Program-made: the position numbers and the translations under genes
Part shown: positions 9,301 to 17,312 of the stretch, one piece after another
How the letters are laid out: every line of letters begins with the position of its first letter
How positions within the stretch are numbered: position 1 is the first letter of the stretch
The notes under the pieces: generated by a model
What the model was told of the DNA's origin: nothing
Databases searched by the model: none
Seen by the model: the letters and a program-made list of their open reading frames with translations, nothing else
NCBI GenBank assembly: GCA_035294855.1
Contig: DATGKD010000259.1
Location: 1-59,124, forward strand
Length of the DNA stretch: 59,124 nt
DNA from: Acidimicrobiales bacterium
Lineage (GTDB): Bacteria > Actinomycetota > Acidimicrobiia > Acidimicrobiales > UBA8190
Reading direction: 5' to 3'

Positions 9301-10025
9301 GTGAGCATCGCGCCGACACCGGAGAGCCCGGCAGCCACCATCCAGGTGACGCGCGAGAGCCGGCGCACGGGGATGCCCAGGAGCAGGGCCCGCTCGTCCG
9401 AGTCCGCAGCTGCTCGGATCGCGATGCCGGTGTCGGTCCGCCCGAGGAACCACCACAGACCGGCGAGCACCACCGGCACGACCACCATGGCGACGACGTG
9501 GTTGCCGTTGAAGACGATGGGACCGACGTGGAACGCGAACGTGAATGGGGTGGTGAACGTCTTGAGCGGGGCCGTATGGGTGAACGCTGACGGAAGCCCG
9601 ATTTCGGCGGCCCCGATGATCTGCGCCACCCCCAGGGTGGCCACCGTGAGGATCAACCGGGGCGCACGGAAGAAGCGTCGGACGACGACCGCGTCCACGA
9701 CGGCACCCGTCCCCACGGCCGCGGCGAGCCCCACCACGAGGGCGAGGAAGTACGGGAGGTGCCAGCCGATGACCATCATCACGGCGATCGCCGCGGCCAG
9801 GCCACCGATGTCGGCCTGCGCGAAGTTGATGATGCGGGCCGAGCGGTAGACGAGGACGAGCCCGATCGCGACCAGGGAACTCAAGACGCCGAGGACCACG
9901 CCGTAGAGCACGACGCCGAAAGGGAGCCCCGACGGCAATGTCCGGGTGGCGACGAACCAAGCCGCCACGACAGCGACCGTGGTCCACGCGGCGCGCGCCG
10001 CGCTGGCGCCCGGTCGCCCGTTCAC
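6363..10025 (-). CDS. Fused branched-chain-amino-acid-type (HAAT) ABC importer: LivH-like permease, LivM-like permease, LivF-like ATPase and LivG-like ATPase in one polypeptide
   Basis: One continuous frame contains two permease domains ('RIINFAQADIGGL'; 'LTGWAGQVSLGQFAFVGAGS') and two NBDs (GTNGAGKST/LSGGEQQ; GANGAGKTT/LSTGTRR). The start is set at GTG 10025, one nt after the upstream gene's TGA. The 208 further upstream codons of the track ORF are Arg/Ser/Pro-rich and were rejected. Confidence 0.8.
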   Translation of the reverse strand: MNGRPGASAARAAWTTVAVVAAWFVATRTLPSGLPFGVVLYGVVLGVLSSLVAIGLVLVYRSARIINFAQADIGGLAAAIAVMMVIGWHLPYFLALVVGLAAAVGTGAVVDAVVVRRFFRAPRLILTVATLGVAQIIGAAEIGLPSAFTHTAPLKTFTTPFTFAFHVGPIVFNGNHVVAMVVVPVVLAGLWWFLGRTDTGIAIRAAADSDERALLLGIPVRRLSRVTWMVAAGLSGVGAMLTAPILGPQVGVNAGPEFLLAPLTAAVVARMESLTVAFFVSLLIGVFQQAVFWSYPQSHTVDVAMFAVVWVALLLQRRRSARGDDSGLGGYVAVRQVRAIPSVLARLPEVRLGRALAVLVVLGFAAGIPFGLSTSDVTLLSYTAIYGLIAVSLVVLTGWAGQVSLGQFAFVGAGSATTGALLVHAHADLLLALVASAAVGGVTAVIVGIPALRMPGLMLAVATMAFAVPVSTYVLDPTYFPLINPSNVPAPVLFGRISLGNWTAFYELCLVLLVAGYLVARNFRRLRAGRVSVAVRDNERGAAAFGVRPYAAKLTAFCLSGALAGVAGGLYVVGQRGIGFSGYNPGLSIVVFTMVVVGGLGSLPGALLGALYVECAQYFLKNGAAQLLATGAGLLLLLMIVPGGLGEVVFRLRDRLLVALARVRRISVPSFTVRASASGESVHVPATDPVERVPVHTSGRHPLVTCDHLDASYGSLQVLFGVDLSVDQGEILALLGTNGAGKSTVLRVMAGLMPPVAGQLLYDGRDISREDTVSRVRAGLVMVPGGRGVFPSLTVMENLRLGGWLQRHDPESLRRQTSEVLELFAPLSRRLHTRAAELSGGEQQMLTLAQALLCRPKVLLIDELSLGLAPSVVAELLEVVRQLARSGTTVVLVEQSLNVAAALAARAVFLERGQVRFCGSTADLADRPGLARSVFLPEVSKFRRGPATDGSAPETNGSRRALEVRGVSRHFGGVAALNDVNLSGRAGEILGIIGANGAGKTTLFDICSGYLSPDTGSILLDGVDVTALSAAVRARRGMGRLFQDARLFPSMTVAETLAVAVDRHVGVRDPLANTLGLGAAFDAQEEAAGRVEELLSMVGLDAYRDSFVSELSTGTRRIVELAAALAHGPSVLLLDEPSSGIAQRESEALRHLLFDLRDRTGATLVVIEHDMPLLSSLAERLICMHLGEVIAEGTPGEVFDDEGVVAAYLGTEQAAIARSG

Positions 10026-10026
10026 G

Positions 10027-11280
10027 TCAGCCGCCTGCCCGCGGTGCCCGGGCGACAGGCCCCGCACCTTGGCGGACGACGGTCTCGGTTCCGGTCGAGA
10101 CGGTGCCGCCGTCGCACCCCGCCGCCGGCGCCGATGGCGCGAAACCGACGACGCCGGCGACCTCGCCGACGACCCTCGGAGCGAGCACTCCGAGGTAGCG
10201 GTGCTCCGTCGCCTCGAACGACGCCACGGCGCTGCAACCATCGAGTGTCGTGCCGACGAACGACACAGCTTGGAGCCCACCCGGCACCAGCCCCGACGCG
10301 GTTGCGAGCGCGCTCCACAGGGGTACGTCGGCCGGGAGGATCCCGCTGTCCGCCCACCACAGCCCGGCCTCGGAACCGGGCCGAACGAGTTGGCGAAGCG
10401 ATGCGACCGCGGCGATGGCGTCCTGCGTCGACGCCGACGCGCCGGCGCCTGGTGAGGGGCCAATGGCGACGGCGACCGCGTCGAACGCGGTGAGCTGCGC
10501 GACCACACCACTGGCCCAGGCGCTGAACGAACCCGGGGGGCCTCCAGATGCCGAGCCTGACACGGCGCTCCCGGGTACGAGGACGAGCCAGACGTTGGCG
10601 CCGGTTCTCCGAATGCGTTCCAACGAGGCGGCGAGCGGGCTCTGGACAACCGCCCCCTGCGCCAGTCCGACGACGACCGTCGGCCGATGCTGGTCGAGTC
10701 CGACCGTCACCCAACCGGGCCCCGGCGTCACCTCGTCTGTCCCGGGAATCAACAGCTGACGCGGCGCGTCGAGCCCCTGGGCACCGGATCCCGGCACACC
10801 GACGAGGTCCTCACAGATCGAGGTCACCTCCGTGAGGACCGTGTCGAGCGGGGTACCGGTCTGGGGGATCGGGATCGGGCACGGCGATGCCGGTGACGAC
10901 GGGGCGGGAGACGACGGCGTCGGAGTCGGCGGGAACGCGGGAGCGGGTTGTGCCCCCGGTGGACCCGGGGACCCGGGTGTCGACGACGTCGATGCCTCCA
11001 GCGTCGATGCCTCGAGGGCCGGTGAAGCGGGAGCTTGCGAGACGACGCGTGGACCGGCGCCTGCGGAGCCAACCGGGCCGGTCTCGCCCCCGGTGCCGAA
11101 GGCGATGGACCCGCCCACTCCCAACGGCAGGGTGGAGGGGAAGAACGTCGCCATCGTCGCCAGGAATCCGCCCGCGATCGCAATCGGGTAATAGCGGCGG
11201 GCCAGGTCGCCGAGACGGCTCATCGGGGCGAGGAGCACCAGCCCCGTGGGGGGCTCCCCACCAGCTCCTCCCCCGGCCAT
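10027..11280 (-). CDS. Hypothetical membrane-anchored protein with a Pro/Ser/Thr-rich linker and an uncharacterised ~270-aa C-terminal domain
   Basis: 417-aa ORF with protein-like composition. It has an N-terminal TM segment 'YYPIAIAGGFLATMATFFPSTL' and a PST-rich linker. Its stop is coupled to the ABC fusion start (TGAcGTG). The start could instead be ATG 11223. No family was recognised. Confidence 0.55.
   Translation of the reverse strand: MAGGGAGGEPPTGLVLLAPMSRLGDLARRYYPIAIAGGFLATMATFFPSTLPLGVGGSIAFGTGGETGPVGSAGAGPRVVSQAPASPALEASTLEASTSSTPGSPGPPGAQPAPAFPPTPTPSSPAPSSPASPCPIPIPQTGTPLDTVLTEVTSICEDLVGVPGSGAQGLDAPRQLLIPGTDEVTPGPGWVTVGLDQHRPTVVVGLAQGAVVQSPLAASLERIRRTGANVWLVLVPGSAVSGSASGGPPGSFSAWASGVVAQLTAFDAVAVAIGPSPGAGASASTQDAIAAVASLRQLVRPGSEAGLWWADSGILPADVPLWSALATASGLVPGGLQAVSFVGTTLDGCSAVASFEATEHRYLGVLAPRVVGEVAGVVGFAPSAPAAGCDGGTVSTGTETVVRQGAGPVARAPRAGG
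10987..11016 (-). repeat. In-frame 15-nt tandem duplication (encodes LEAST-LEAST) inside the linker of the hypothetical protein
   Basis: + strand cgtcgatgcctccag / cgtcgatgcctcgag: two adjacent units with 1 mismatch. Confidence 0.85.
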
Positions 11281-11383
11281 CCTCGGGGAAACGCCCCTTG
11301 TGCAGCTTCCTTGTGTGTCGCGGACGCGCCCCGCAGCGCGCTGCGACCACGCCCGGGGAGCAGAAGATCGGCAGGCGACGGGC

Positions 11384-11437
11384 GTTCCCCTCCCCGGAGA
11401 AGGCGGGCCGACGTCCGTCCGCGTCCGGGGAGGGAAC
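11384..11437 (+). promoter_or_regulatory. Leader hairpin pairing an anti-SD (GTTCCCCTCCCC) with the SD-like GGGGAGGGAAC of the binding-protein gene
   Basis: 11 base pairs with one bulged C, and arms 31 nt apart. The 3' arm ends 5 nt before the in-frame GTG at 11443. Confidence 0.35.
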
Positions 11438-11442
11438 TCGTC

Positions 11443-13137
11443 GTGGACCCCGTGCCGTCTGCACCCGCCCGGGTGTTCGACGCGGCGACGAAGCGGTACA
11501 TCGTCAAGACGCTCACGCGCTGGTCGCCGCTGGTCGCCGCGACCGTGACCCTCGCCCTCGTGGTCGCCCTGACGTCCCCGCCGCTGCGGGCCGGTTCCTC
11601 ACGAGCGCAGCACCAGGCCGGCCCTTCGCTGATCGGGGGCGCGGCCGGTTCCACTCAGAGCGGTGGCCCGGCGACCTCGACCGGGGGCAATGGGACCGGT
11701 GGCACGTCGGGGGCAGTGACGGCCGGGGCGGGGGTGGGGTCACCGGGCACGACGCGGACCGGGGTCAATTGCGGCCCGAGCGCCAGGCAGTTCGCGTGGT
11801 CCGCGTACGCCCCGGTGTGCGCGCCGGCATTTCACGGTTCGAACGGCGGAGCCACTTCCCATGGGGTCACCGGCACGACCATCACCATCAGCTACCGCAA
11901 GCCGAACTCGGTCCAGCAATCCGCGGCGCAGTCCCTCGCCGGTGACGCCTATCCCAACGACGACGCGCTGATCGCGGACATGCAGACCTACCTTCGCTTC
12001 TTCAACGCGCAGTTCGAGCTCTACGGGCGCAAGGTTCAGCTCCTTCCCTACCAGGGCCAGGGCGACTTCTTGCAGGAGGACCAGGGACAGGGTCTCGCGG
12101 CGACCCAGGCGGATGCCCAGAGTGCGTCCGACGAGGGTGCCTTCGCAGACGTGACCATGCCGCTGTTCGGATCGCAGTTCTATGAGCAGGACCTGGCCGA
12201 GGCGGGGGTGGTCGCCGTCGGGGGGCTCGGGTTTCCGACGCAGTGGTACCAGCAGTACTCGCCGTACGAGTACTCCGTCACTCCGACCGGCACCGCCGGC
12301 GCGGACGGATTCGTCAACATCGCGTGCAACCGCATGGCCGGCCTTCCGGCGATCTTCGCCGGCGACAGCTTGTACCAGAGCCAGGTGCGGAGGTTCGGGT
12401 TCATCGGGCCCGACAACCCGGAGTACGTGGCCGTGGGCGACCTCGTGCAGAACGGCCTGCAACAGACGTGTGGCGTGCCTCTGGCCAAGCGCGTGACCTA
12501 CTCGATCAACGTGACGTCCTTCGAGCAGCAGGCGGTGAGCGTGGTCGCCCAGATGAAACAAGCGGGCGTGACGACGGTCATCTGCGGGTGCGACCCCCTC
12601 TTCCCGATCCTGCTCACCCAAGCCGCCGACCAACAGCAGTACCGTCCCGAGTGGCTCGGCATCGGGTGGTACGACCCCCAGGGGAGGCTTCCCGCCCAGG
12701 ACCAGATGGCACACACCCTGTCGCAGGAAGGGCTGTACCCGCCCGCCGCGAGCACCGAAGCCGCCAAGGTCTTCCAAATGGCCGCGCCGGGAAGCGCGCC
12801 GCAGGAGCAGTACTACGCGGTGGCGTACTACACGATGCTGTATCTGTTCGACGCGTTGCAGGCTGCCGGGCCGAACCTGAACCCGCAGACGTTCCAACAA
12901 GGGGTCTTCTCGATGCCGGCATCCACGCCCGGTGACGTCGGCACGTGGCAGGGCGGCCCGCAGGCCTTCTCCCCGGCGCGGACGACCCAAATCGGGTGGT
13001 GGAATCCCAACGCCACCTCCAACTTCGACGGCAAGCAGGGCGCGTGGGAGAGCTGCGAGGGCGGACGGTGGTTCGGCTTCCTGGATCCGAACGCCTGGCA
13101 GCCCGATCACACGCAATTGGCCTGCCTCGGACGCTGA
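11443..13137 (+). CDS. ABC transporter substrate-binding protein, type I periplasmic-binding fold (Liv/Peripla_BP_6-like), membrane-anchored with a Gly/Ser/Thr linker
   Basis: Signal-anchor 'WSPLVAATVTLALVVAL' and G/S/T-rich linker, then 'GVTGTTITISY...' and a typical PBP body ('GVTTVICGCDPLFPILL'). GTG 11443 was chosen because of the SD GGAGGG 8 nt upstream; GTG 11473 is an alternative. The first 136 codons of the track ORF were rejected. Confidence 0.8.
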   Translation: MDPVPSAPARVFDAATKRYIVKTLTRWSPLVAATVTLALVVALTSPPLRAGSSRAQHQAGPSLIGGAAGSTQSGGPATSTGGNGTGGTSGAVTAGAGVGSPGTTRTGVNCGPSARQFAWSAYAPVCAPAFHGSNGGATSHGVTGTTITISYRKPNSVQQSAAQSLAGDAYPNDDALIADMQTYLRFFNAQFELYGRKVQLLPYQGQGDFLQEDQGQGLAATQADAQSASDEGAFADVTMPLFGSQFYEQDLAEAGVVAVGGLGFPTQWYQQYSPYEYSVTPTGTAGADGFVNIACNRMAGLPAIFAGDSLYQSQVRRFGFIGPDNPEYVAVGDLVQNGLQQTCGVPLAKRVTYSINVTSFEQQAVSVVAQMKQAGVTTVICGCDPLFPILLTQAADQQQYRPEWLGIGWYDPQGRLPAQDQMAHTLSQEGLYPPAASTEAAKVFQMAAPGSAPQEQYYAVAYYTMLYLFDALQAAGPNLNPQTFQQGVFSMPASTPGDVGTWQGGPQAFSPARTTQIGWWNPNATSNFDGKQGAWESCEGGRWFGFLDPNAWQPDHTQLACLGR

Positions 13138-13402
13138 GCGCGGGCGGAAAAACCGCTGGCAGGGCCCGTAACCATCGTGTAACGTCGCAGACCGGCCCGC
13201 TTCCGGGCCCGTAAGCCGATTCGACGTCTTCGAGCGCCCGCCGAGCCCGGCGGGGACCTCGGGGCAGAACATGGCGAGCGCTCCGCTCGGGTCCCCCGGG
13301 CGGAGCGTTGACATGCAAGCGGGGCCCTCGAGGCACCGACCAGCTCACCGGGGTACCGCCGCGGGCGGTGCCCCTCCATGGACACGGAAGGACCCACCCA
13401 GC
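13138..13402 (+). promoter_or_regulatory. Structured 265-nt leader/intergenic region ahead of rplC (no rpsJ present)
   Basis: Strong hairpins at 13277-13309 (about 15 bp including G-U pairs, 3-nt loop) and 13350-13374 (11 bp, loop GCG). Smaller GC hairpins at 13194-13209 and 13227-13244. A 10-nt direct repeat GGGCCCGTAA occurs at 13162 and 13205. Confidence 0.35.
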
Positions 13403-14059
13403 GTGGCGACCAAGGCGATCGTCGGCGAGAAAGTCGGCATGACCCAGGTCTGGGACGAGAACAACCGCGCCGTGCCGGTGACGGTCCTGAAGGTCGCGCC
13501 CATGCGGATCGTCCAGGTCAAGACGCCCGAGCGCGAGGGCTACGGGGCACTCCAGGTGACCTGGGGGTTCCAGAAGGCGAACGCGCTCACCAAGCCCGAG
13601 CGCGGGCACTTCGACGCCGCGGGCGTGGAGCCCGGACGGAAGCTCGTCGAGCTGCGCCTCGACGACACGACCGGGTTCGAGGTCGGCCAGCAGCTGACAG
13701 CCGACGTCCTCCAGCCGGGCGAGCGGGTCGACGCCACCGCGGTGTCCAAGGGCAAGGGCTTCACCGGCGCCATGAAGCGCCACAACTTCAAGGGCCAGGG
13801 CGCCGCGCACGGCAACCACAAGAAGCACCGGTCCCCGGGCTCGGTGGGGGCGTGCGCCACTCCGGCCCGGGTCTTCAAGGGCACGCGCATGGCCGGACGG
13901 GTGGGCGCCCAGCAGGTCACGACGCTCAACCTCGAGGTAGTCCAGGCGGACGCCGAACGGGAGCTCGTCCTGGTGAAGGGGGCGGTGCCGGGCCCCCGTG
14001 GCGCCGTCGTCGTGCTGCGCGACAGCGTCAAGGGCTCGAACGGGGCGAAGTCGTCATGA
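13403..14059 (+). CDS. rplC: 50S ribosomal protein uL3
   Basis: '[10 protein letters not shown]' and '[22 protein letters not shown]'. The GTG at 13403 is preceded by GGAAGGA. The in-frame upstream ATG at 13271 was rejected because its N-terminal extension is not uL3-like. Confidence 0.95.
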   Translation: MATKAIVGEKVGMTQVWDENNRAVPVTVLKVAPMRIVQVKTPEREGYGALQVTWGFQKANALTKPERGHFDAAGVEPGRKLVELRLDDTTGFEVGQQLTADVLQPGERVDATAVSKGKGFTGAMKRHNFKGQGAAHGNHKKHRSPGSVGACATPARVFKGTRMAGRVGAQQVTTLNLEVVQADAERELVLVKGAVPGPRGAVVVLRDSVKGSNGAKSS

Positions 14060-15018
14060 CCCAGACGATGTCCGACCGCCAAGGGCACCCCGGGACCGGC
14101 ACCCGCCGCCGGACGAGGCCGGAACCGGCGCGGCGGGTCGTGGCCCGCCGGCGGGTGGACGGCACCGTGATCGACGCCGTGGCGCTCGACCCGCAGCTCT
14201 TCGGCATCGAGCCCAACACGGCCGTCCTCCACCAGGTGATCACCGCCCAGCTGGCCGCGGCTCGCTCCGGCACGCAGTCGACCAAGACGAGGTCCGAGGT
14301 GCGCGGCGGCGGCACCAAGCCCTTCCGCCAGAAGGGCACCGGCCGGGCCCGCCAGGGCTCGATCCGGGCGCCGCAGTGGACCGGCGGCGGCATCGCCCTC
14401 GGGCCCAAGCCTCGCTCGTACCGGCAACGCACGCCGAAGAAGATGATCCGCCTGGCGCTCGCCTCCGCGCTGTCGGACCGGGCGGGCTCGGGACGCGTGG
14501 CGCTCGTCGACGAATGGAGCTTCCCGGCTCCGAAGACCAAGGACGCCGTGTCCGCCCTCGCCGCCTTGGGCCTGCGCGGCAAGGTGCTCGTCGTGCTCGG
14601 CCCCGACGACGGGATCCCCGACCGGTCGTTCGCGAACCTGCGCGACGTGCGCCGCGTGCAGCGCACCGAGCTGAACGCCTACGACGTCGTGCGTGCCGAT
14701 TGGGTGGTCTTCACCGACACGACCCTTCCCGGCGAGACGTCGTCGGCAAAGGTCGACGAAGCCGCCGAGCTCCCCGAGCCCATCGTCAAAGCGCCCGCCG
14801 TCCACCCGGCCCCCAGGTCCCGGCGGACCAGGGCGCGTTCGGCCCGCTCGAGCAGCACGACGGCGCCCGAGACCGAGGCCTCCGACGGCACCGAGGACGG
14901 GGGCGCCTCCGCCCACGCGGCCGCCGACGAGGTGGGTGCGGCCGATCCCGCGGGCGAAGGTGCCGATGTCGCGGGTGCAACCGAGGCAGAGACCTCGGAC
15001 GCCGAGGGGGACGAGTGA
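14056..15018 (+). CDS. rplD: 50S ribosomal protein uL4 with an Arg-rich N-terminal and a ~95-aa acidic C-terminal extension
   Basis: '[29 protein letters not shown]'. ATGA overlap with the rplC stop. 320 aa. Confidence 0.9.
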   Translation: MTQTMSDRQGHPGTGTRRRTRPEPARRVVARRRVDGTVIDAVALDPQLFGIEPNTAVLHQVITAQLAAARSGTQSTKTRSEVRGGGTKPFRQKGTGRARQGSIRAPQWTGGGIALGPKPRSYRQRTPKKMIRLALASALSDRAGSGRVALVDEWSFPAPKTKDAVSALAALGLRGKVLVVLGPDDGIPDRSFANLRDVRRVQRTELNAYDVVRADWVVFTDTTLPGETSSAKVDEAAELPEPIVKAPAVHPAPRSRRTRARSARSSSTTAPETEASDGTEDGGASAHAAADEVGAADPAGEGADVAGATEAETSDAEGDE

Positions 15019-15311
15019 CGAAAGACGCCACCGACATCCTCATCCGCCCCATCGTGTCGGAGAAGTCGTACGCGCTCATGGAGTCGGGCGTGTACGTGTT
15101 CGTCGTGGCGCCGGAGTCCACCAAGATCGACGTCCGCCGCGCCGTGGAGACCACATTCGGCGTGCGGGTCGCGAGCGTGAACACCCTCAACCGCAAGGGC
15201 AAGAAGCGTCGCAACCGCCGGACCAACACCGTCGGCACCCGGTCCGACACCAAGCGGGCAGTGGTCACGCTGGCCGGCGGCGACCGGATCGACCTCTTCG
15301 AGAAGAGCTGA
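15015..15311 (+). CDS. rplW: 50S ribosomal protein uL23
   Basis: '[16 protein letters not shown]...FVV'. GTGA overlap with the rplD stop. 98 aa. Confidence 0.95.
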   Translation: MTKDATDILIRPIVSEKSYALMESGVYVFVVAPESTKIDVRRAVETTFGVRVASVNTLNRKGKKRRNRRTNTVGTRSDTKRAVVTLAGGDRIDLFEKS

Positions 15312-15324
15312 GAGGACTCGGCCC

Positions 15325-16161
15325 GTGCCACTCCGCAAGCGCAAGCCCACCAGCCCCGGGCGCCGGTTCCAGACCGCGTCCGACTTCACCGAGGTCACCC
15401 GCAACCGGCCCGAGCGATCGCTCGTCGGTCCCAAGCCGTCCACCGGCGGCCGCAACGCCTACGGGCGCAAGACGGCGCGCCACCGTGGCGGCGGCCACAA
15501 GCAGCGGTACCGCATCATCGACTTCAAGCGCGACAAGGACGGGGTCCCCGCCAAGGTGGCGGCGATCGAGTACGACCCCAACCGCAACGCGCGCATCGCG
15601 CTGCTCCACTACCGCGACGGGGAGAAGCGCTACATCCTCGCCCCCTCGCAGGTACGGGTGGGCGACATCTTGGCGAGCGGGCAGGGGGCGGAGATCCGTC
15701 CGGGCAACGCCTTGCCCCTGCGCTACATCCCGGTGGGGTCGACGGTGCACAACATCGAGCTGCGCCCCGGCCAGGGGGGCAAGTTGGCGCGCGGTGCGGG
15801 GATGAGCGCTCAGCTCGTCGCCAAGGAGGGCCTGTTCGCCACGCTGCGCCTGCCCTCCACCGAGATGCGGCGGGTCCCGATCGACTGCCGCGGCACCCTG
15901 GGCGAAGTGGGCAACCCCGAGGCCGAGCTGGTGTCGATCGGCAAGGCGGGCCGCAACCGGTGGAAGGGCGTGCGTCCCCAGACGCGCGGCGTGGCCATGA
16001 ACCCGGTCGACCATCCGCTCGGGGGCGGGGAGGGCAAGTCGTCCGGAGGACGCCATCCGGTGTCGCCGTGGGGCAAGCCCGAGGGCCGTACCCGTGCGCG
16101 CCACAAGCCGTCGGACCAGATGATCGTTCGCCGGCGCCGCAGCCGCGGCGCCCGCCGCTGA
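15325..16161 (+). CDS. rplB: 50S ribosomal protein uL2
   Basis: 'KPTSPGRRF', 'GGGHKQRYR', '[14 protein letters not shown]'. Confidence 0.97.
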   Translation: MPLRKRKPTSPGRRFQTASDFTEVTRNRPERSLVGPKPSTGGRNAYGRKTARHRGGGHKQRYRIIDFKRDKDGVPAKVAAIEYDPNRNARIALLHYRDGEKRYILAPSQVRVGDILASGQGAEIRPGNALPLRYIPVGSTVHNIELRPGQGGKLARGAGMSAQLVAKEGLFATLRLPSTEMRRVPIDCRGTLGEVGNPEAELVSIGKAGRNRWKGVRPQTRGVAMNPVDHPLGGGEGKSSGGRHPVSPWGKPEGRTRARHKPSDQMIVRRRRSRGARR

Positions 16162-16180
16162 GCACGGGCGGAGGAGCACG

Positions 16181-16459
16181 ATGCCGCGCAGCCTGAAGAA
16201 GGGACCTTTCGTCGACGACCACCTCTTGAAGAAGGTGGACGCTCTCAACTCGACCAACGAGAAGCGGGTCATCCGCACGTGGTCGCGGCGCTCGACGATC
16301 ATCCCCGACATGGTCGGTCACACGATCGCCATCCACGACGGGCGCAAGCACGTCCCGGTGTACATCACCGAGTCGATGGTCGGGCACAAGCTGGGAGAGT
16401 TCGCCATGACGCGGACCTTCCGCTACCACGCCGGCCAGGAGCGGCAGGCGAGGCGGTGA
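16181..16459 (+). CDS. rpsS: 30S ribosomal protein uS19
   Basis: '[12 protein letters not shown]...[17 protein letters not shown]'. Confidence 0.97.
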   Translation: MPRSLKKGPFVDDHLLKKVDALNSTNEKRVIRTWSRRSTIIPDMVGHTIAIHDGRKHVPVYITESMVGHKLGEFAMTRTFRYHAGQERQARR

Positions 16460-16460
16460 G

Positions 16461-17309
16461 ATGCCGGGCGTGAAGACCAATGAGGTCCCGGGCACGCGGG
16501 CCGTTCTGCGCCACTACCGGATGTCGGCGTACAAGGCACGCCAGGTGCTCGATCTCGTGCGCGGCGAGGACGTCGACCGGGCGGAGGAGATCCTCCACAC
16601 GACGCCGCGCGACGGCGCACGCGTGGTCGCGAAGGTCCTGGCGTCGGCGGTGGCCAACGCCCGCAACAACGACCAGCTCGAACGCGAGGAGCTCTACGTC
16701 TCGGCGTGCTTCGCAGACGAAGGGACCACCCTGAAGCGGTGGCGGCCGCGCGCCCGGGGTCGGGCCACCCGGATCCGCAAGCGCTCGTGCCACATCACGG
16801 TGATCGTGAGCCGTCTGCCGGAGGACCGTCTCGAGCGCAAGCGGGCCCGGCTGGCGGCCGCCACGGGAGCCATGCGCTCGCGCCGTGTGGCGGCGTCGCG
16901 GCGTGAGACGCGGCGGGGCCGGAGTGAGGAGGAGACGGTGTCGGCCGCCGACGCTGCGACCGACCAGGAGCTCGCCGCCACCGAAGAAGAGGCGTCCGCC
17001 GAGGAGGTACTGACCGAGGACCAGCTCGATTCGCAAGAGCCGGGCGAGCCTGTCGGCGCCGAGGGCGGGGACAGCGAGGACGTCACCGCCGAAGCGACCT
17101 CGGTCGAGGAGGTCGAGGCCCCCGAGGAAGAGCGCGGGGAGGACGGGACCGAAGGCGAGGCGGCACCGGCTTCGGTCGCCCGCAAGGCACCGGCCGCCAA
17201 GACCACGAAGAAAGCGACGAAGGCGACCAAGAAGGCGACGAAAAAGGCGCCGTCCGAGGCCGACGACACCGGTGACGGGGCGCAGTCCGCAGAGGACGGA
17301 GAGGGCTGA
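16461..17309 (+). CDS. rplV: 50S ribosomal protein uL22 with a ~155-aa low-complexity C-terminal extension
   Basis: Core 'RMSAYKARQVLDLVRG...RIRKRSCHITVIV'. The tail is D/E/A/T-rich and includes a KKATKATKKATKKAP patch. 282 aa. Confidence 0.93.
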   Translation: MPGVKTNEVPGTRAVLRHYRMSAYKARQVLDLVRGEDVDRAEEILHTTPRDGARVVAKVLASAVANARNNDQLEREELYVSACFADEGTTLKRWRPRARGRATRIRKRSCHITVIVSRLPEDRLERKRARLAAATGAMRSRRVAASRRETRRGRSEEETVSAADAATDQELAATEEEASAEEVLTEDQLDSQEPGEPVGAEGGDSEDVTAEATSVEEVEAPEEERGEDGTEGEAAPASVARKAPAAKTTKKATKATKKATKKAPSEADDTGDGAQSAEDGEG

Positions 17310-17312
17310 ACG

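Noticed and set aside
6471-9590. 1039-aa + strand ORF opposite the fused ABC transporter
   Set aside because: It has the Arg/Gly/Asp/His/Pro-rich composition typical of the complement of a high-GC coding frame, whereas the minus-strand frame carries clear permease and Walker/signature motifs.
10026-10649. N-terminal 208 codons of the 1428-aa track ORF (6363-10649)
   Set aside because: This part is Arg/Ser/Pro-rich ('RRRRRRTPSPRSHR...') and overlaps the protein-like 417-aa ORF in another frame. The LivH-like domain begins just after GTG 10025, which is coupled to that ORF's stop.
13308-13313. TTGACA hexamer in the rplC leader as a -35 element
   Set aside because: No TAnnnT-type -10 lies 16-18 nt downstream, so the hexamer alone is not evidence for a promoter.
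13271-13402. Longer rplC starting at ATG 13271
   Set aside because: The extra 44 residues ('MASAPLGSPGRSVDMQAGPSRHRP...') are unlike uL3 and overlap the strong leader hairpins. GTG 13403 has a proper SD and gives a canonical uL3 N-terminus.
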